Shown here: piece by piece, positions 35,691 to 37,194 of the stretch
How the letters are laid out: each line of letters begins with the position of its first letter
Position numbering within the stretch: position 1 is the first letter of the stretch
Assembly: GCA_000934665.2 (NCBI GenBank)
Contig: JYFJ02003820.1
Span: 1 to 37,194, forward strand
Length of the DNA: 37,194 bases
From: Catajapyx aquilonaris
Lineage: Eukaryota
Direction: 5' to 3'
The notes under the pieces: generated by a model
What the model was told of the DNA's origin: nothing
The model's input: only the letters and a program-made list of their open reading frames with translations
The model's database searches: none
Translations under genes and position numbers: made by a program

Positions 35691-37194
35691 GTTCATTTAT
35701 GCCCCCTTTTAATTTTATACAGTTCAGTTTTCACCACCTTTTCATATTTTGCAGTTAATTTTTTTTGCGAGGTTTTTATTTTGTCCAGTTGATAAGGGTT
35801 TTTTTCCCCTCGCAATCTGCTGTTTTTGTAATATGACCTGGATTTTTGTCGCCAGTATTTTTATCTTAGTTAAGAGGAAGAAGTCTGATTTTATGCTGCT
35901 TTCTTGTGATGTGGTTAATTTAATGTGTTCACTTTTTATGTTGGGCATACTGCGGGGCATACTAGAGAAATCCAGGTCCGCAGCATTGCCGATATGAGCA
36001 TGGCAGTTTAAAGAGATTCCCCAACATGTAAACAAGCGTAAACATAAACAAGTTCTTCGGATTTTCTCTTCCGAAGCGTTTGTTTACGTGCTATAGTTAA
36101 TGCATTAAATCCTGTCTTGTTGGCTCGTTATGATCCTTCAGGACTACATGTGGACTTGATGAGATGATAGATTGGAAATTAATATTGCATAAATTATTCG
36201 AAGGCCAACAAAATTGGACCTGGTTGATTTCTCATGTACGCTCCCCCACCGATGTGATGTTATGAAACGAAGGTTGTGTACTGATTGCGAGTAAGTAACA
36301 AGTGTACTTGATAATATTGGCAGCTTGTATTGTTCAGGCAGCTGTCAAAAAGACTGTTATGTTCCTTGTGCCAAAATAAACTGTATGCGGTTTACCTGCA
36401 TATCAAACGCCTGTTTTGAATTTTCATGTTTATGCGCGCCGCAAGAGTAAAATCGAAGAATATGATTGTGTAATTTGTATCAGTGCCGTAATAAAAGTTG
36501 ATATAGTAATTCTCAAAACGATGATGGTGACTTCTGCACCCACTGTTTAGTTGGAAAAAAAAGTAATAATTTCAGCGCAAGTTCTGAATGAGCAATTTAA
36601 CGTATAGCAAGTGAAAGCAGCGATCGCAGTTGCTATTCGGAAAGTAGCAGCTACAGGCTGTCGTCTCCTGAGCAGCTCCGTTTGATTCGACCCTCCCTGT
36701 TCCATTTCCAAGATGGCCGATTTTCTGTTGTGATCAAATTTTTCAAGTCGTCTCTCTCTGGAGTCTCTGGGGCTCTTTGTTGGATGAGCTTTGGACATCG
36801 TTGGAGGGGACTGGTGGGAAGGCCGCTGGACCCGTGTTTGCAGTACTCTCCGTCCTTCTGAGGGTGTATGACACAGGTATAAATGACTGCGGGGGTGTGT
36901 GTCTGCCGCCAACTGGAATTGATGACTTTCCAGTTGCACGCCCCTAGCGGCCAAATTTGGCCTGCCATCAAAATGGCGGCGTTAGTTATGCAGAGGCGGG
37001 ATTTTCCTATCCCTGCCCATGTTAAATGGCCTCTGCTTGCTCGCGTCTGGGGGTCTGGCCCCGGGGCAGATCTTCGTGACATATTTTTTTCTGGAGTGAG
37101 GAGGTGCCTGGACTGCCCTCACCAGGTTCCAAAAGTTAATTGGACCCCGGGCGGACTGCCCCCGGAGTGATTTCGTGAATGGTGATCGCGCTTT

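Noticed and set aside
36547..37194. ORFs and YY1-like motifs at the window end
   Set aside because: No recognisable domain; could be a promoter or repeat but is truncated by the window.

Overview
Eukaryotic genomic DNA, most likely arthropod (takeout/JHBP gene, many 50-80 nt GT-AG introns). Gene models were spliced by hand. The most notable content is two minus-strand paralogues with an unusual architecture: ankyrin repeats, an eIF2-alpha-kinase-family catalytic domain, more ankyrin repeats, then a tiny last exon encoding a (mostly basic) CaaX prenylation tail (CLLS, CTLS; a third orphan copy reads CKVS). That exon is too short for the ORF track. The kinases lie in an old tandem segmental duplication together with a family of secreted Ser/Asp/Lys-rich protein genes (two near-complete copies and one inverted relic). 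Also present: an unassigned 4-exon gene head-to-head with kinase copy 1, a Thr/Lys/Pro-repeat mucin/glue-like gene, a takeout/JHBP gene, an intronless LRR gene with a BC-box-like N-terminus, an RNF14-like RWD-RBR E3 ligase, a palindromic MITE family with 7-bp TSDs, a V-domain-like SINE and several microsatellites. All family assignments come from motif recognition only; no searches were run.
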